From contig CAYWNK010000022.1 in the NCBI GenBank assembly GCA_964459495.1, forward strand, positions 14,341 to 39,684: a stretch of 25,344 bases of DNA. Direction: 5' to 3'. A program made the translations under genes and the position numbers. This document shows, piece after piece, positions 22,757 through 25,344 of this stretch (its first letter is position 1; the number at the start of each line of letters is the position of its first letter). The stretch is from an uncultured Planctomycetaceae bacterium (lineage in GTDB: Bacteria > Planctomycetota > UBA1135 > GCA-002686595). Below the pieces are notes generated by a model. The model was not told the DNA's origin. It saw nothing but the letters and a program-made list of their open reading frames with translations, and made no database searches.

Positions 22757-24895
22757 CTACCGCCGGCCGTGCGCGCGGGCTAGGGCCACTCCCTCGATCT
22801 GCGGCTCGAGGCTCCAGAGGAGTTCGGCGCCCCCGGCCGTCAGCTCCTCAGCTCGCAGGGCCAGGCCGGTCGCCCGGAGCTTGCCCCCGCCGGCGGCGCC
22901 GAGCACGTACTGCTGCAGGTCCATCCGATGGGGATCAAGGATGGACAGAATCCAGAGAATGTCCCCCCGCAGGGGCTTAGGCAGATCCACGCCGCCCACA
23001 TCGAAGAGCCAGTCGTCGCCCACCCGACGCGGCACCACGCTGTCCGGCAATGGCGGCACGGTGGCTGCCGCCAGAGCGTGGGTGCGCTGGGACAGCGCCC
23101 CGGGGAAACGGATCCCGAGCACGCGCTCGGACAGCAGCCAGAGGCGACTCGACGTCAGGCAAAAGCGAGCCTCGACGCCGTCGCCAGCCGCCACCCAAAC
23201 CCCGAAGAGCTCCCCCTCGGGTCGCTCCGCAAGGGCCTCCCAGCGCACCACGGGCGGCTCTCCGGTGCGGGCGCCCGCAGGCACCTGAACCGCCAAGTAA
23301 CCGATCTCGAAGGGATCCACGTCGAGTGGCCATTGGGCCTGGGGATGGCCCCCGCCACGGGGCTCTTCGGCTCCGCTGAAAGGCACCCCCGGCGCGGGCA
23401 AGACGAGAGCCGTTCTTCGCCCGGACTCGGCGGGCATCAGCACACTGAGCCCCTCCGCCCGCCAGCGATCCAGGAGCGAGTGGGGCGCTAGCGCCGCCAG
23501 AGCCTCCCACTCCGCACCACCGGCCCAGGGCGCCTCGGAGCGATCCTCAAACGGAGCCTCGGGCTGCATGGCCGGCCCCATGAGCAGGGCCAAGTTCCCG
23601 CGCAAGGCCTCGACGCCAGCCACCTGGTCCGGCGGGTCGACCACCAGGTAGCGCCCCTTCCAGTCCTGTTGTTCGGCGGCCACGGCAAGCTCGTCGCGCA
23701 GCTGCCCCACGCCCTCACCCGCCCAGCCAAAGGGGCCCGCGTGGCCGTGGCCGAGCAGCGCGTAGGTGCCGCACACCAGCACCGGGATCAGCGTCCGCCG
23801 AGCCCCCTGGATCGCCGTCGAGGTGATGCCAAGGCCAACCGCCATCACGAGCAATGCCGGAAAGAGCTGCTCGGCACCTTCGAGGCTGCCGGGCAGAACG
23901 CGCTCCTTCGCGCAGGTGGCTTCGACGACCAGCAGGGCCGCCGTCCACCCCACGAGGATCCGGCCCCAGAGTCGCGGCGCGGTGCGTGCGGCCACGAAGC
24001 CCGGGTGCAGGGCGACCAGGTGGGTCACCGCCACCAATGCGAAGCCGGCCTTGCCCGCACCGTAGGTGTCGACGGGCAGCAGCAGGACCCCGAGCTTCTC
24101 GACCCAGAGCGCCAGGCCATCCAGGGCTCCCCGGTCGGAGGGCCCGCCGCCGAATCCTCCGGGCTCGGACAGCGCCAAGCGCCAGGCGCGCTCGACCCCC
24201 ACCAACAGCGCGGCCAGCAGGAACGCGGTCGTCGCGGTGCGGATGCGTTGACTCTTCGGCCGGTGCCTCCGGGCGGACAGGAACTCCAGTCCGAATACGA
24301 GCGGCGGCAGGAACACCGCAACCCGTCCGGCGAAGGCCGCCACGGCGAACAGCAACCCTGAGGCCGCGACGAGCGCGTATTCCCGGTCCTGGCGGGCGCG
24401 CAAGAACATGTGCAGACCCCAGAGGCCGGCAGCCATGGCGATCAGTTCGCCCCGTTCCGTAGCGCGCGCCACGGAGCTGACCGCCAGGGGATGCAGCACG
24501 AAGAACAGGGCGGCTGCGACCGACGCACTCCGTGCCGAGTCCGGGCCCAGGAAGGGCACCAGGGAACGCGACAGTACCTTGCGCAGGCCAAAGGCGGCCA
24601 GCAGCAGAAGCCCCAGGTTCTCGAGACGAAAGAACGTGATCTCCGGTCCGTACCAAGCGCCCGTGGGCACCCAGAGCTTGCGCGACAGGATCAGGGATAG
24701 GGCCGCGAGCGGTCGGTCCTTGATTCCAGGCAGCGTATACAGGGCCTCGGGAGCATCGAGCTCGATCTCCGACAGAGCCGTGGCCAAGGCCAGATCCCTG
24801 CCAAAGGGCCCCACGCCCAACAGCGGCCCGTAGATGTACGCCAGCAGGCACGTCGTGACCGCGACGATAAAGGTCTTCCTCGCCCCCTCTCCCAT
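22757..24895 (-). CDS. Large polytopic membrane protein (about 10-12 TM helices in the N-terminal 400 aa plus ~300-aa soluble C-terminal domain); fold possibly glycosyltransferase-C-like (ArnT/PMT-type), function unknown
   Basis: 712-aa ORF with uniform high GC3 and many hydrophobic segments. No motif I can assign confidently. Ends 12 nt upstream of queF on the same strand. Confidence 0.45.
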   Translation of the reverse strand: MGEGARKTFIVAVTTCLLAYIYGPLLGVGPFGRDLALATALSEIELDAPEALYTLPGIKDRPLAALSLILSRKLWVPTGAWYGPEITFFRLENLGLLLLAAFGLRKVLSRSLVPFLGPDSARSASVAAALFFVLHPLAVSSVARATERGELIAMAAGLWGLHMFLRARQDREYALVAASGLLFAVAAFAGRVAVFLPPLVFGLEFLSARRHRPKSQRIRTATTAFLLAALLVGVERAWRLALSEPGGFGGGPSDRGALDGLALWVEKLGVLLLPVDTYGAGKAGFALVAVTHLVALHPGFVAARTAPRLWGRILVGWTAALLVVEATCAKERVLPGSLEGAEQLFPALLVMAVGLGITSTAIQGARRTLIPVLVCGTYALLGHGHAGPFGWAGEGVGQLRDELAVAAEQQDWKGRYLVVDPPDQVAGVEALRGNLALLMGPAMQPEAPFEDRSEAPWAGGAEWEALAALAPHSLLDRWRAEGLSVLMPAESGRRTALVLPAPGVPFSGAEEPRGGGHPQAQWPLDVDPFEIGYLAVQVPAGARTGEPPVVRWEALAERPEGELFGVWVAAGDGVEARFCLTSSRLWLLSERVLGIRFPGALSQRTHALAAATVPPLPDSVVPRRVGDDWLFDVGGVDLPKPLRGDILWILSILDPHRMDLQQYVLGAAGGGKLRATGLALRAEELTAGGAELLWSLEPQIEGVALARAHGRR

Positions 24896-25026
24896 GGCCG
24901 TACGTTAGCAGGGCCCAGGCCCAGGCCCTCACCCTTTGCGCGCAGCCTTCGCTGGATCCCTATCGATTGCAGAGGATCGCTGGGCTGGGGGGCGTGGCGT
25001 CGGTCTTGGCCTGCTAGATTGCGCCC

Positions 25027-25344
25027 ATGCTTGAGACCTTCCAACCCCTGCTGGACGCCGCCAAGGGCGTCGACCTGTCCGATCCCGCCGCCGCCAAGGC
25101 CGAACTCGCGCGTCGCTTTGACCCCTCGGGCGCCCCCGCCCAAGCCCTCAATGCCCAGCTCAAGGAGCTCCTCGAAGCCGGCAAAATCGCGGAGCGCGGC
25201 GAGCTTCCGGTGCGCTGGGGCCGCGCGTCCAAGGCGTGCCCGGAGACCGGCGATCTCTCGATTGACGTCGTGTATATGACGGGTCCGGGTCCTCGACATC
25301 GGCATCCGAACGGAGAGATCGACTACTGCGTCAGCCTGGATGGC
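25027..25344 (+). CDS. Cupin-domain protein, 5' partial (runs off window end)
   Basis: ATG 25027. MLETFQPLLDAAKG...DVVYMTGPGPRHRHPNGEIDYCVSLDG with a G-x-x-H-x-H-x-x-G-E cupin motif. Strong GC3 bias. Absent from the ORF track because no stop lies within the window. Confidence 0.5.
   Translation, partial: MLETFQPLLDAAKGVDLSDPAAAKAELARRFDPSGAPAQALNAQLKELLEAGKIAERGELPVRWGRASKACPETGDLSIDVVYMTGPGPRHRHPNGEIDYCVSLDG

Noticed and set aside
1-25344. CRISPR array, rRNA, integrase, toxin-antitoxin or defence-system signatures
   Set aside because: None found on manual scan. No regularly spaced repeats, no integrase/recombinase/Cas-like ORFs in any frame.

Overview
About 70% GC bacterial chromosome segment, probably a core region with a few accessory scars. 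High third-position GC cleanly separates real genes from shadow ORFs. Taxon unknown; the DUF2911 and CarboxypepD_reg-rich content resembles Gemmatimonadota, Acidobacteriota or Myxococcota. Gene order, left to right: a DUF2911 secreted protein (minus strand) followed by an 87-nt perfect palindrome; a MORN-repeat lipoprotein translationally coupled to a ferrochelatase that carries an unusual N-terminal 4-TM extension and whose ORF tail reads antisense through a tRNA-Met(CAT); a roughly 590-bp gap with no convincing ORF; a cysteine dioxygenase plus ChrR-like cupin pair; an orphan plus-strand intrinsic terminator; a co-directional minus-strand block (metallophosphoesterase, NHL propeller, giant CarboxypepD_reg-repeat protein, two tandem paralogous secreted Esterase_PHB-like hydrolases) divergent from argR, with ARG-box-like palindromes overlapping the argR promoter; a zf-HC2 anti-sigma-like gene directly downstream of gltX with no ECF sigma; adenosine deaminase; a decayed IS110-family transposase and a 160-bp element with 29-bp inverted repeats; an esterase; an NfeD-flotillin operon; queF downstream of a large polytopic membrane protein; and a partial cupin gene at the right edge. 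No CRISPR array, rRNA or obvious toxin/defence system was seen. The most system-like candidates are the argR-linked secreted hydrolase block and the lipoprotein/membrane-anchored ferrochelatase pair. Both functional links are hypotheses.
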